This document shows, piece after piece, positions 29,580 through 38,387 of a stretch of DNA of 64,000 nt. The DNA is from an uncultured Chloroflexia bacterium. GTDB taxonomy: Bacteria > Chloroflexota > Limnocylindria > Limnocylindrales > CSP1-4. The position numbers and the translations under genes were made by a program. The DNA is taken from the NCBI GenBank assembly GCA_963735455.1, contig CAVTKZ010000004.1, positions 504,758-568,757 on the forward strand, written 5' to 3'. The number at the start of each line of letters is the position of its first letter. The first letter of the stretch is position 1. The notes under the pieces were generated by a model that saw only the letters and a list, made by a program, of their open reading frames with translations, ran no database searches and had not been told where the DNA came from.

Positions 29580-30044
29580 GTGAACAACAAGCCCACCTAC
29601 CTCTCCCAGGGCGGACTCGAGAAGCTCCGGACGGAGCTCGACGAGATGGTCCAGGTCCGCCGGGCCGAAGTGGCCGGCCGAATCCACGACGCCAAGGAAC
29701 ACGGCGACCTGTCCGAGAACGCCGAGTACGAGGACGCCAAGAACGAGCAGGCCTTCGTGGAGGGCCGGATCCAGACCCTCGAGGCGCTGATCAAGAACGC
29801 CACGATCATCGACGAGCACCATTCCACCGAGCACGTCCAGATCGGCTCGACGGTGATGGTCGAGAGCGGCGACGGCACCGAGTCGTTCACGATCGTCGGC
29901 TCGGCCGAGGCCGCCCCCCGCGAGGGCCGGATCTCGAACGAGTCACCGGTGGGCCGGGTCCTCCTGGGCAAGCGCAAGGGCGACCGGGTCGTGGTCAAGG
30001 TGCCCGCCGGCGACTTCACCTACACGATCACCAAGATCAGCTGA
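29580..30044 (+). CDS. greA: Transcription elongation factor GreA
   Basis: GDLSENAEY, ISNESPVG. Confidence 0.96.
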   Translation: MNNKPTYLSQGGLEKLRTELDEMVQVRRAEVAGRIHDAKEHGDLSENAEYEDAKNEQAFVEGRIQTLEALIKNATIIDEHHSTEHVQIGSTVMVESGDGTESFTIVGSAEAAPREGRISNESPVGRVLLGKRKGDRVVVKVPAGDFTYTITKIS

Positions 30045-30070
30045 CCCGGTCCGGCGAGGGAGTTCGGGCC

Positions 30071-31684
30071 ATGGATTGGGCCGACGAGCTGGCCGCCTCG
30101 GTCGATGGGCCGCAGGTCGTCAACGACAGCAAGACGCCCTCGGGGACCGTCCACGTCGGGAGCCTCCGCGGGCCGGTCATCCTGGACGTGATCAGCCGGG
30201 CGCTCCGAGCGCGGGGGACCGCGACCACCCTCCTCTACGGGATCGACGACCTGGACCCGATGGACGCCCAGGCCCTCCTGACGCCGGACGCCGTCGAGCA
30301 CGAGATGGGCCGGCCGCTGGCCCACGTCCCGGACCAGGCCGGCGATTGCCACCCGTCGTACGCCCGCCACCATGCCCAGACGTTCATCGACACGTTCGCC
30401 GGCCTGGGCATCCGGCCCGACCGCTACTACTGGATGAGCGAGCTGTATGCCGCCGGCGAGGTCGATCCGTACATCCGGATCGCGCTCGACCGGGTGGAGG
30501 CCGTCCGGGCGATCTACCGGCGGGTGGCCAAGGTCCAGCATCCGGCCGACTGGCACCCGATCCAGGTCGTGTGCGAGAGCTGCGGCAAGATCGGCACGAC
30601 GATCGTGACCAGGTGGGACGGCCGCCGGATCTACTACGAGTGCCGGCCTGACCTCGTGACCTGGGCCCATGGCTGCGGCCATGCCGGCTGGGTCGAGCCG
30701 TTCGGGGGCCGGGCCAAGCTGGGCTGGAACCTGGAGTGGGCTGCCCAGTGGAGCATCTTCGGGGTGACCATCGAGCCGTGCGGCAAGGACCTGGCGACGG
30801 CCGGTGGCTCGCGCGACCGGGCCGACGCGATCGCCCGGGAGATCTTCGAGCGCGAGCCACCGCTCAACGTGGCCTACGAGTTCCTGAACATCGGCGGGCG
30901 CAAGATGTCGACCTCGAAGGGGCTGGGCGTCGCCGCCCACGAGATCGTCCGGGTCGTTCCGCCCGAGCAGCTCCGGCTGCTCTTCCTGCGCCCCCGGCCG
31001 CAGACCGCGATCGAGTTCGACCCGGTCGGCAGTGACGCGATCCCGCGCCTGTTCGACGAGTTCGATCGGTTGGCCGACGCCACGGCCGGCCGGCCGGTCC
31101 GGGGCGAGCTGCCGGCCGGCCACGAGAGCGTCTTCCGCTACTCCTTGCTCGACCCGGCGGCCGACGTGGCCGCCATCGCGACCGCCTTCCGGCCGGCCTT
31201 CGGCCACCTGGCCCTCCTGCGCCAGATCCCGGGCGTCGACATCGAGGCCCGCATCGCGGCCGAGAAGGGCGGCCCGCTGACCGCCCTCGAGCGGGCGACC
31301 CTGGCCGAGCGAGCCGCCGCCGCCGACGCCTGGCTGGAGACGTTCGCCCCCGACAAGTCGCGGATCGTCGTCCGGCGCGACGGGCTGCCCGACGAGGCGG
31401 CCGGCCTCGACGCCGGCCAGCGATCCTGGCTGGGCAGCCTGGCGGCCGCGGCCGCCGTCGCGCCCGGGCCTGGATCGGGGGATGCCTGGCAGGCCCTGAT
31501 CTTCTCGACCGCCACGGCGGCCGGCCTGCCACCGGGGCAGGCCTTCGCCGCCCTGTACCTGGCCTTCCTGGGCCGGCCCAATGGACCCCGGGCGGGCTGG
31601 CTGCTGGCCAGCCTCGAGCCGGCCTTCGTCCTCGAGCGCCTGCGGGCCGCCGCGGGCCCGCCACCCCTGAAGGAGAGCGCATGA
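30071..31684 (+). CDS. lysS: Class I lysyl-tRNA synthetase
   Basis: TPSGTVHVGS (HIGH-like), CESC and CGH zinc motifs, EPCGKD, KMSTSKG, GPRAG. Confidence 0.93.
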   Translation: MDWADELAASVDGPQVVNDSKTPSGTVHVGSLRGPVILDVISRALRARGTATTLLYGIDDLDPMDAQALLTPDAVEHEMGRPLAHVPDQAGDCHPSYARHHAQTFIDTFAGLGIRPDRYYWMSELYAAGEVDPYIRIALDRVEAVRAIYRRVAKVQHPADWHPIQVVCESCGKIGTTIVTRWDGRRIYYECRPDLVTWAHGCGHAGWVEPFGGRAKLGWNLEWAAQWSIFGVTIEPCGKDLATAGGSRDRADAIAREIFEREPPLNVAYEFLNIGGRKMSTSKGLGVAAHEIVRVVPPEQLRLLFLRPRPQTAIEFDPVGSDAIPRLFDEFDRLADATAGRPVRGELPAGHESVFRYSLLDPAADVAAIATAFRPAFGHLALLRQIPGVDIEARIAAEKGGPLTALERATLAERAAAADAWLETFAPDKSRIVVRRDGLPDEAAGLDAGQRSWLGSLAAAAAVAPGPGSGDAWQALIFSTATAAGLPPGQAFAALYLAFLGRPNGPRAGWLLASLEPAFVLERLRAAAGPPPLKESA

Positions 31685-33027
31685 GCGTCGGCCTGCAGCG
31701 ACTGCGGGGGGATGCGCCGGCGGTCCGCCAGGGCGCGATCGACAAGGGCGAGGATCCGGCGATCGTCGATGCGGCCCTGGCCGCCGACGCGCGACGGCGT
31801 GAGCTGCTGGCCGAGGGCGACCGGTTGAAGGCCGAGCGGAACGTGGCCTCCAAGGCGATCGGCGAGGCGATCCGGGCGGGGGCCGACCCGAACGGCGCGG
31901 AAACCGCGGCGCTCAAGGCCCGCTCGACTGAGACTGGCGCCCGGATCGCGGCGATCGATGCCGAGCTGGCCACAGTCGAGGCGACGGTCGAGGACCTCCT
32001 CCTGCGGATCCCCAACCCGGCCGACCTGGACATCCCGGTCGGCGGCGAAGAGGCCAACGTCACGATCCGGGAATGGGGCGAGCAGCTGCCCCGGATCCAG
32101 CCGCTGAGCGGCGAGGTCGGGGCGGACGCGCTGCCCGGGGGGCCGGCCTGGGAGCGCAAGGCGCACTGGGAGATTGCCGCCGGGCTGGGAATCTTCGAGC
32201 TCGAACGGGGGGCCAAGATCGCCGGCTCGGGCTTCCCCGTGTACCGCGGCCTGGGCGCGGCGCTCCAGCGCGCCCTGATCAGCTGGTTCCTCGACGTCCA
32301 TACCCGCGAGAACGGCTTCACCGAGATCTGGCCACCGGCCGTGGTCAACGCCGTGTCGGCCCGGGGCACCGGCCAGATCCCGGACAAGGAAGACCAGATG
32401 TACGTCGTGACCCGCGACGACCTGTACCTGGTCCCGACGGCCGAGGTCCCGGTCACCAACCTCCATCGCGACGAGATCTTCGAAGGCGCGCAGCTGCCGG
32501 TCCGCTACGCGGCCTACTCGCCCTGCTTCCGGCGCGAGGCAGGGGCGGCCGGCAAGGACACCCGGGGGATCCTGCGCGTCCACCAGTTCGACAAGGTCGA
32601 GATGGTCCTCTTCGAGCGACCGGAGGCATCGGCCGCGGCCCTCGAGTGGATGACCGGTCGGGCCGAGGACCTCCTTCAGCGCCTCGGGCTGGCCTACCGG
32701 GTCCTGCTGATGGCCACCCGCGAGATGGGCTTCACCCAGGGCCGCAAGTACGACATCGAGGTCTGGGCGCCGGGCGTGGAGCGCTGGCTCGAGGTCAGCT
32801 CGTGCTCGAACTTCCGGGACTTCCAGGCCCGCCGGATGGCCGTCCGCTATCGGCCCGGGCCGGGGGCCCGGCCCGAGCTGGTCCACACCCTCAACGGCTC
32901 GGGCCTGGCCCTGCCCCGGGTGGTTGCGGCGATCCTCGAAACCGGCCAGAACCAGGACGGGTCGGTGACCGTGCCCGAGGTCCTCCGGCCATACCTGGGC
33001 GCTGCTACGATCGAGCTGCCCGGCTAG
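31681..33027 (+). CDS. serS: Seryl-tRNA synthetase
   Basis: LVPTAEVP, FRREAG..RVHQFDKVE, EVSSCSN, HTLNGSG. Confidence 0.97.
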   Translation: MSVGLQRLRGDAPAVRQGAIDKGEDPAIVDAALAADARRRELLAEGDRLKAERNVASKAIGEAIRAGADPNGAETAALKARSTETGARIAAIDAELATVEATVEDLLLRIPNPADLDIPVGGEEANVTIREWGEQLPRIQPLSGEVGADALPGGPAWERKAHWEIAAGLGIFELERGAKIAGSGFPVYRGLGAALQRALISWFLDVHTRENGFTEIWPPAVVNAVSARGTGQIPDKEDQMYVVTRDDLYLVPTAEVPVTNLHRDEIFEGAQLPVRYAAYSPCFRREAGAAGKDTRGILRVHQFDKVEMVLFERPEASAAALEWMTGRAEDLLQRLGLAYRVLLMATREMGFTQGRKYDIEVWAPGVERWLEVSSCSNFRDFQARRMAVRYRPGPGARPELVHTLNGSGLALPRVVAAILETGQNQDGSVTVPEVLRPYLGAATIELPG

Positions 33028-33073
33028 GTCCACCCTCCGGGAGCCTACGGCCTCCGCCAGGGAGAGGGAGACG

Positions 33074-33547
33074 ATGACCAGCGCAGGTTGGCAAGCACCG
33101 GAGCCTGAGCCGGGTCCCGCCCCCGGCTACGCCTTCGGGGGCTTTGGCCCCCGTCTCGTGGCCTACATCATCGATATCGTGATCTTCGGCGTGATCGCCA
33201 CGATCCTGCTGATCGTGGGCACCCTGCTGGCCGTCACCAGTGCGGTTGCCGGCGCCGCCGGGCTGCTGATCCTGGTTGTCCTGCTGGCGGTCGCCAGCCT
33301 GGCCTACTTTCCGTACTTCTGGGCAACCAGCGGCTCGACGCCAGGGATGCGGGTAATGGGCTTGCGGGTCGTCCGCGACAGCGATGGCGGGCCGATCTCC
33401 AGCGGCCAGGCGATCCTCCGGATGGTCGGCTACTGGGTGTCCGGGGCTGTCTTCTACCTCGGCTACATCTGGATCTTCATCGACAAGCGCCATCGCGGCT
33501 GGCACGACCTGATCGCCGGGACGGTGGTCGTCCAGCGCATTCCCTAG
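33074..33547 (+). CDS. RDD family membrane protein
   Basis: RLVAYIID, TPGMRVMGLRVV, RGWHDLIAGT. Confidence 0.92.
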   Translation: MTSAGWQAPEPEPGPAPGYAFGGFGPRLVAYIIDIVIFGVIATILLIVGTLLAVTSAVAGAAGLLILVVLLAVASLAYFPYFWATSGSTPGMRVMGLRVVRDSDGGPISSGQAILRMVGYWVSGAVFYLGYIWIFIDKRHRGWHDLIAGTVVVQRIP

Positions 33548-33587
33548 GGTCCGGCCCGCGCCCCGGATCAGGCTATCCTCGGCAGTC

Positions 33588-33677
33588 GGAGAGGTGGCAG
33601 AGCGGTCGAATGCGGCGGTCTTGAAAACCGCAGAGGGTGCAAGCCCTCCCTGGGTTCGAATCCCAGCCTCTCCGCCA
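33588..33677 (+). tRNA. tRNA-Ser(UGA)
   Basis: Cloverleaf with long variable arm; anticodon arm GCGGT-CTTGAAA-ACCGC; encoded CCA. Confidence 0.97.
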
Positions 33678-33716
33678 GCTCCCCTCGTCCGGCTGGCTGC
33701 CCGGACCGCGAATCGA

Positions 33717-33742
33717 AACGGGCGCCGCTACCGGCGCCCGTT
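33717..33742. terminator. Hairpin between the tRNA and the convergent pilin gene
   Basis: AACGGGCGCC-gctacc-GGCGCCCGTT; followed by TCGATT on the - strand. Confidence 0.55.
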
Positions 33743-33765
33743 CGGGATCGAATGGCCGTGGAGCG

Positions 33766-33978
33766 TCAGACGCTATGTCCGACGTTGCTCAGGATCTTCG
33801 AGACCTGTCCGCCCAGGAAGATGAGGGCAATGATTGCAACAATCGCGATCAAAGCGAGGATGAGTGCGTATTCAGCAAGGCCCTGGCCGGCTGTCACGGT
33901 GATGAGCTTCTTGAAACGCATGACGATGGTCACGGTCTCGGATGAAATGTTCGAGAACCAGGCACTGACTCGGGTCAA
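33766..33978 (-). CDS. Flp family type IVb pilin
   Basis: GQGLAEYALIL prepilin motif plus hydrophobic helix; AAGGAGGTGA SD before TTG 33978. Confidence 0.9.
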   Translation of the reverse strand: MTRVSAWFSNISSETVTIVMRFKKLITVTAGQGLAEYALILALIAIVAIIALIFLGGQVSKILSNVGHSV

Positions 33979-34118
33979 TTCGTTCACCTCCTTTCCTTGA
34001 GATTCGACTACGAAGTGGATGACCACGGCAAGGCTAGCCGCCGAACGTTTATGGGGTCAACAGTACCCATGGGGTATCAAGTCCCATCCCCGCCTTCAGA
34101 ATTCGATCAGGTTGACGT

Positions 34119-34337
34119 GTGATCCAGCCCGGCCTGTGTGGTGCCTGCCGGCACGCCCGCCAAACGGGTAACGCCCGGCCGTCTGTCTTCTGGCTGTGCG
34201 AGCGCTCGGTCAGCGATCAGGCTTTCGCCCGCTATCCGCGCCTGCCGGTGCTTGACTGCGCCGGGTTCGAGCGCGCGCCGGAACCGCCGGCGGACCACCA
34301 ACCGGGCTCCCGGCCAGCCGCTGACAAGGTCACCTGA
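34119..34337 (+). CDS. Small four-Cys hypothetical protein
   Basis: GLCGACRHAR..FWLCERS..YPRLPVLDC. Confidence 0.65.
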   Translation: MIQPGLCGACRHARQTGNARPSVFWLCERSVSDQAFARYPRLPVLDCAGFERAPEPPADHQPGSRPAADKVT

Positions 34338-34489
34338 GCGGTGCGCCGGTGCACCGGTCGGTTGGCCGACTGGTACGATATTTGGGCAACGCTGGGGTAC
34401 GCTCAACCCCGGACCCGGGCGGCCCGTCGCTGGCCGGTCCCAGACTCGAGCCGCCGAGCGGTGCATCGAGCGCGTTTGAGAGAAGCGAC

Positions 34490-35764
34490 ATGCCAAGCAT
34501 GCGGGGATTCCTGCGCTCCAAGCCGAAGATTGATGAGGCCGAGGCAGCGCTGGCCGAGTCGCGCATCGTCGCCCGGATGGCCGGCCTCTTCGGTGACGAG
34601 ACCGTCGACGAGGCCGCCCAGCAGGACCTGCCCGATGGCGGCCCCGATTCCGGCATCCCGGACGCGCTGACCCCCGATCTGCAGGCGCCACCGGTCACCG
34701 ACCGCGAGGCCGAGATGGCGTCCCGGCCCCGACCGGCGATCATCGTGATCGGCGGCGTGGCGGACATGGATCCGGCCGGCAAATCCGCCCACGGACCGGC
34801 CGTCGAGGGCATCGGGGTGATGGCCCGCCCCGACGAGGACCTCGGCGATGACCCCTGGCAGTTGCCGCTCCGCTCCGCGCCGCCACCGATCCGGCGCCCC
34901 GCCCAGCGGCGCTCCGCCCGGCCACCGTCCGCCGCGCAACCGCCGGCCCGGCGACCTGCCCTCCTGCGGCCGGCTGAGCCCGCCCCCCGGCAGGTCGTCG
35001 TCTCGGCAGCCTATTGCCCCTACTGCGGGACCCTCCTCGAGCCGCCGCCGACGGCCAGCCGGCGCTGCTTCGAGTGTCGCCAGCAGATCATCGTCAAGCG
35101 GATCGACGGCCGGACGTTATATCTCGCTGCCGCAGCCCTGCCGGTGTTCGCGGCCGAGCGGCGCCGGGCCGCCGAGTCGGCACGGCTCCTGCGGACCCGC
35201 GCCCGCTGGCTGGAGCTAGCCGGCGCGGCCGGGGCCCCGGCCCCGGGGATCGCCGCAGTCCAGGTGGCCCGGCCGACGTACGCCAGCGTGGCCGCCGCGC
35301 GGGAGCTCTACCTGCTGGCCGCCGATCGGATGTTCCGGATCGCCAAGCGCGACAGGGACTGGGCGGCGGCCGGCCGCCAGCGCCGAGACCAGGCCGCGAC
35401 GATCCACCGGCTCGAGGGCTCGCCCTGGCCGCCGTCGCCGGACGTCGTCACCCTCTTCCGCGAGGGCGTTGCCGCCGAGCTGCGTGGAATCTCCGAGATC
35501 AGCCGGGACGCCCAGCTGGCAGCCGCCTCATGCTGTGACGCCTGTCGAGCCGACGACGAGGCCGTGACCCGAATCGCGACTGAGCTGCGCCAGCCGCGCC
35601 TCCCCCACGCGAGCTGCCCGAAGGGCCTGTGTCGCTGCCGCTGGGAGCTGGCCGCGCGCGATCGGGCCAACCTGCGCCGCTACCTTCGACGCCGGCCGGC
35701 CAGCAGGACGGGCGCCGCGCCGATCGAGCGACCCACTCCGATCGGGCGCTCCGTCGCGCGCTGA
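34490..35764 (+). CDS. Hypothetical protein with two Cys clusters
   Basis: CPYC..CFEC zinc ribbon and C-terminal CCDAC..LPHASCPKGLCRC; start uncertain. Confidence 0.75.
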   Translation: MPSMRGFLRSKPKIDEAEAALAESRIVARMAGLFGDETVDEAAQQDLPDGGPDSGIPDALTPDLQAPPVTDREAEMASRPRPAIIVIGGVADMDPAGKSAHGPAVEGIGVMARPDEDLGDDPWQLPLRSAPPPIRRPAQRRSARPPSAAQPPARRPALLRPAEPAPRQVVVSAAYCPYCGTLLEPPPTASRRCFECRQQIIVKRIDGRTLYLAAAALPVFAAERRRAAESARLLRTRARWLELAGAAGAPAPGIAAVQVARPTYASVAAARELYLLAADRMFRIAKRDRDWAAAGRQRRDQAATIHRLEGSPWPPSPDVVTLFREGVAAELRGISEISRDAQLAAASCCDACRADDEAVTRIATELRQPRLPHASCPKGLCRCRWELAARDRANLRRYLRRRPASRTGAAPIERPTPIGRSVAR

Positions 35765-35802
35765 CGAGGCCCGCCGCGCGCTGGCCGGGTCCGCGGTCCC
35801 GG

Positions 35803-35832
35803 TTGACGTCGCCGAGCGCCGCCGACTAGACT
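35803..35832 (+). promoter_or_regulatory. trp operon promoter
   Basis: TTGACG-N18-TAGACT upstream of the T-box. Confidence 0.65.
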
Positions 35833-35853
35833 GCCCGCCACATCACGAATACC

Positions 35854-36040
35854 AGGCGATGATCGGGATGAGTACCCGTCGGGAGCCGGCACAGAGACCC
35901 GGTGGTTGGTGGAAACCGGGACGGCAGCGACGGTGAATGGACCCGTGAGCCCATTGCTCTTGAGTGCGGCAGCGCTGCCGAATGCGGGTGGTACCGCGGA
36001 AGGTTCGACCTTTCGTCCCTGGACGAGAGGTCGCATTGAT
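35854..36040 (+). promoter_or_regulatory. T-box riboswitch, Trp (UGG) specifier
   Basis: Stem I with AGTA, AGAGA and GGTGGAA motifs; GAA-TGG specifier (TGG 35938-35940); T-box GGGTGGTACCGCG; hairpin CGACCTTTCGTCC/GGACGAGAGGTCG. Confidence 0.92.
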
Positions 36041-36081
36041 TCCGGGCCCAGGCCCGGTCTCGCCGGAGGAAGCCCGCAACC

Positions 36082-37716
36082 ATGAGCATCACGGACCCGC
36101 TCAGCCTGACCGAGGCAAAGCGCCTGGCCGGCAGCGCCGACACCGTGCTCCTGCGGGCCACGCGGGACGCCGATCTGGAGACCCCGATCGGGGCCTTCCT
36201 GCGCCTCGACGACGGCGGCCCGGCCTATCTCCTCGAGTCGGTCGAGGGCGGCGAGCGGCTGGGCCGCTACAGCTTCCTGGGCACCGGGCCGCGCCGCCTG
36301 CTCGAGGTTCGGGGCAGCCGGGCGACGATCCAGGACCGGCCCCTGAGCGTCGACCGGTTCGACGCCGGCCTGCCGATCCAGACCCTTGACTCCGTCGATC
36401 CGCTGAGCACGCTCCGCCAGTTCCTGCCCCGCCGCCGGGTACTGCCGATCGAGGGCATGCCCCGCTTCACCGGCGGAGCGGTCGGAGCGCTGGCCTACGA
36501 TGCCGTCAGCGCCTTCGAGCCGAGCGTGCCCCAGCCCGTCGCGGATCCCGTCGGGGTGCCTTCGGCGGCGTTCATCGAGTCCGACCTGGTCATCGTCTTC
36601 GACCACCTGACCCACACGATCAGCGCGATCGCCTCGCTCCACACCGAGGTGCCCGACCTGGACGGCCGCTACCGGATCGCCGAGCGGGCGATCTTCGCGG
36701 CCCTCGACCGGACGTCGCGCCCGTCGGAGGCGGAGATCGCGGCGCCGCCGCCGGCCGCCGGCCGGACGGCCGGTGGGGGAGAGCCAGGGACCGTCGCCGC
36801 CCCGTTCGAGGCGACGGCCACCAGCCTCGGCCGGGACCAGTACATCCACGCCGTGGAGCTGGCCAAGGAGGCGATCGCGGCCGGCGAGGCGATCCAGGTC
36901 GTCCTCGCCCGGCGCCAGTCGTTCGAGCTGCCCACCACCGCCGAAGGCAAGCCGGTCGACGGGATCGGGCTCTACCGCGCCCTGCGCCGGGTCAACCCCA
37001 GCCCGTACCTGTTCTTCGTGCGCACGCCGTCGTTCGAGGTCGTGGGCGCCAGCCCCGAGCTCCTGCTGCAGGTCGAGGGCGACCGGCTCACGACCCATCC
37101 GATCGCCGGCACCCGGCCGCGGGGGGGCACTCCGGCCGAGGACGACCTGCTGAGCGAGGAGCTCCAGCGCGACCCCAAGGAGAAGGCCGAGCACGTGATG
37201 CTCGTCGACCTCGGCCGCAACGACCTCGGCCGGGTTGCCCGAGCCGGCACCGTCCGGGTGACCAAGTACATGGAGGTCGAGCGCTACAGCCACGTCCTGC
37301 ACCTGGTCAGCCACGTCGAAGGCCGGCTCAAGCCGGAGCTCGACGCTCTCGACGCGCTCCGCTCGGTCTTCCCGGCGGGGACCCTGTCGGGTGCGCCCAA
37401 GGTCCGGGCGATGCAGCTGATCGCGGCCGCCGAGAACGAGCGCCGGGGGCTGTACGGCGGGGCGGCCGGCTACCTGGGCTACGACGGCAACCTCGATACG
37501 GCGATCACGATCCGGAGCGCGGTCCTGCGCGACGGGGTGGCCCACGTCCACACCGGGGCGGGCATCGTCGCCGGCTCGGTCCCCGAACGCGAGTTCGAGG
37601 AGACCGAGCACAAGGCGGCCGCCCTGCGCCGGGCGATCGACCTGGCGACCGGCCGGAGCCCCTCGCCGGCCCAGCCGGCCCAGCCCGTGCCGGCCGGCGG
37701 CGGAGAGCGGCCGTGA
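36082..37716 (+). CDS. trpE: Anthranilate synthase component I
   Basis: LLESVEGG..GRYSF, NPSPY, PIAGTRPRG, AGTLSGAPK. Confidence 0.96.
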   Translation: MSITDPLSLTEAKRLAGSADTVLLRATRDADLETPIGAFLRLDDGGPAYLLESVEGGERLGRYSFLGTGPRRLLEVRGSRATIQDRPLSVDRFDAGLPIQTLDSVDPLSTLRQFLPRRRVLPIEGMPRFTGGAVGALAYDAVSAFEPSVPQPVADPVGVPSAAFIESDLVIVFDHLTHTISAIASLHTEVPDLDGRYRIAERAIFAALDRTSRPSEAEIAAPPPAAGRTAGGGEPGTVAAPFEATATSLGRDQYIHAVELAKEAIAAGEAIQVVLARRQSFELPTTAEGKPVDGIGLYRALRRVNPSPYLFFVRTPSFEVVGASPELLLQVEGDRLTTHPIAGTRPRGGTPAEDDLLSEELQRDPKEKAEHVMLVDLGRNDLGRVARAGTVRVTKYMEVERYSHVLHLVSHVEGRLKPELDALDALRSVFPAGTLSGAPKVRAMQLIAAAENERRGLYGGAAGYLGYDGNLDTAITIRSAVLRDGVAHVHTGAGIVAGSVPEREFEETEHKAAALRRAIDLATGRSPSPAQPAQPVPAGGGERP

Positions 37717-38387
37717 TCCTGGTCATCGACAACTACGACTCGTTCACGTTCAACCTGGTCCAGGCCCTCCAGGCGGCGGGCGCCGAGGTCCGGGTCGTGC
37801 GCAACGACGCGATCGACCGGGCCGGGATCGAGGCGCTGGCCGCCGATCCAGCCGGCGACCTGCGCGGGATCGTGATCTCGCCCGGTCCCGGCGACCCGTC
37901 GGCGGCGGGCGTCTCGGTCGACGCGATCCAGGTCGCCGCCGAGCACGCGATCCCGCTCCTGGGGGTCTGCCTCGGGATGCAGTCGATGGCCGTCGCCTAC
38001 GGCGGCACGATCGTCCGGGCGCCGACCCTGGTCCACGGCGAGGCCTCGGAGGTCAGCCACGATGGCGCCGGCCTGCTGGCCGGTCTGCCGCCGGCGTTCA
38101 TGGCCGCCCGCTACCACTCCCTGGCCGTCGATCCCGCGAACATCCCGGCCGAGCTGCTGGTCACCGCGATGTGCGAGGAGGACGGCGTCGTGATGGGCCT
38201 CCGCCACGCCACCCTGCCCCTCGAAGGCGTCCAGTTCCACCCCGAGTCGGTCCTGACCCCCGAGGGGCCCCACCTGCTGGCGAACTTCCTGCGCCTGGCC
38301 GGCGAGGGCGAGGCAGGCCGCCTCGACGCGGTCGGCGGCAGCTTCGCCACCGGGGGCATGGCCGAGCCGACCGGAGCCGCCCGGTGA
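37713..38387 (+). CDS. trpG: Anthranilate synthase component II
   Basis: IDNYDSFTFN, SPGPG, GVCLG, QFHPES. Confidence 0.96.
   Translation: MILVIDNYDSFTFNLVQALQAAGAEVRVVRNDAIDRAGIEALAADPAGDLRGIVISPGPGDPSAAGVSVDAIQVAAEHAIPLLGVCLGMQSMAVAYGGTIVRAPTLVHGEASEVSHDGAGLLAGLPPAFMAARYHSLAVDPANIPAELLVTAMCEEDGVVMGLRHATLPLEGVQFHPESVLTPEGPHLLANFLRLAGEGEAGRLDAVGGSFATGGMAEPTGAAR

Noticed and set aside
33588-33677. Selenocysteine or suppressor tRNA
   Set aside because: Anticodon UGA reads UCA (Ser); tRNA-Sec would have anticodon UCA.
33678-35800. Integrative element or prophage at tRNA-Ser(UGA), and likewise after tRNA-Arg
   Set aside because: No integrase and no duplicated tRNA 3' end found.
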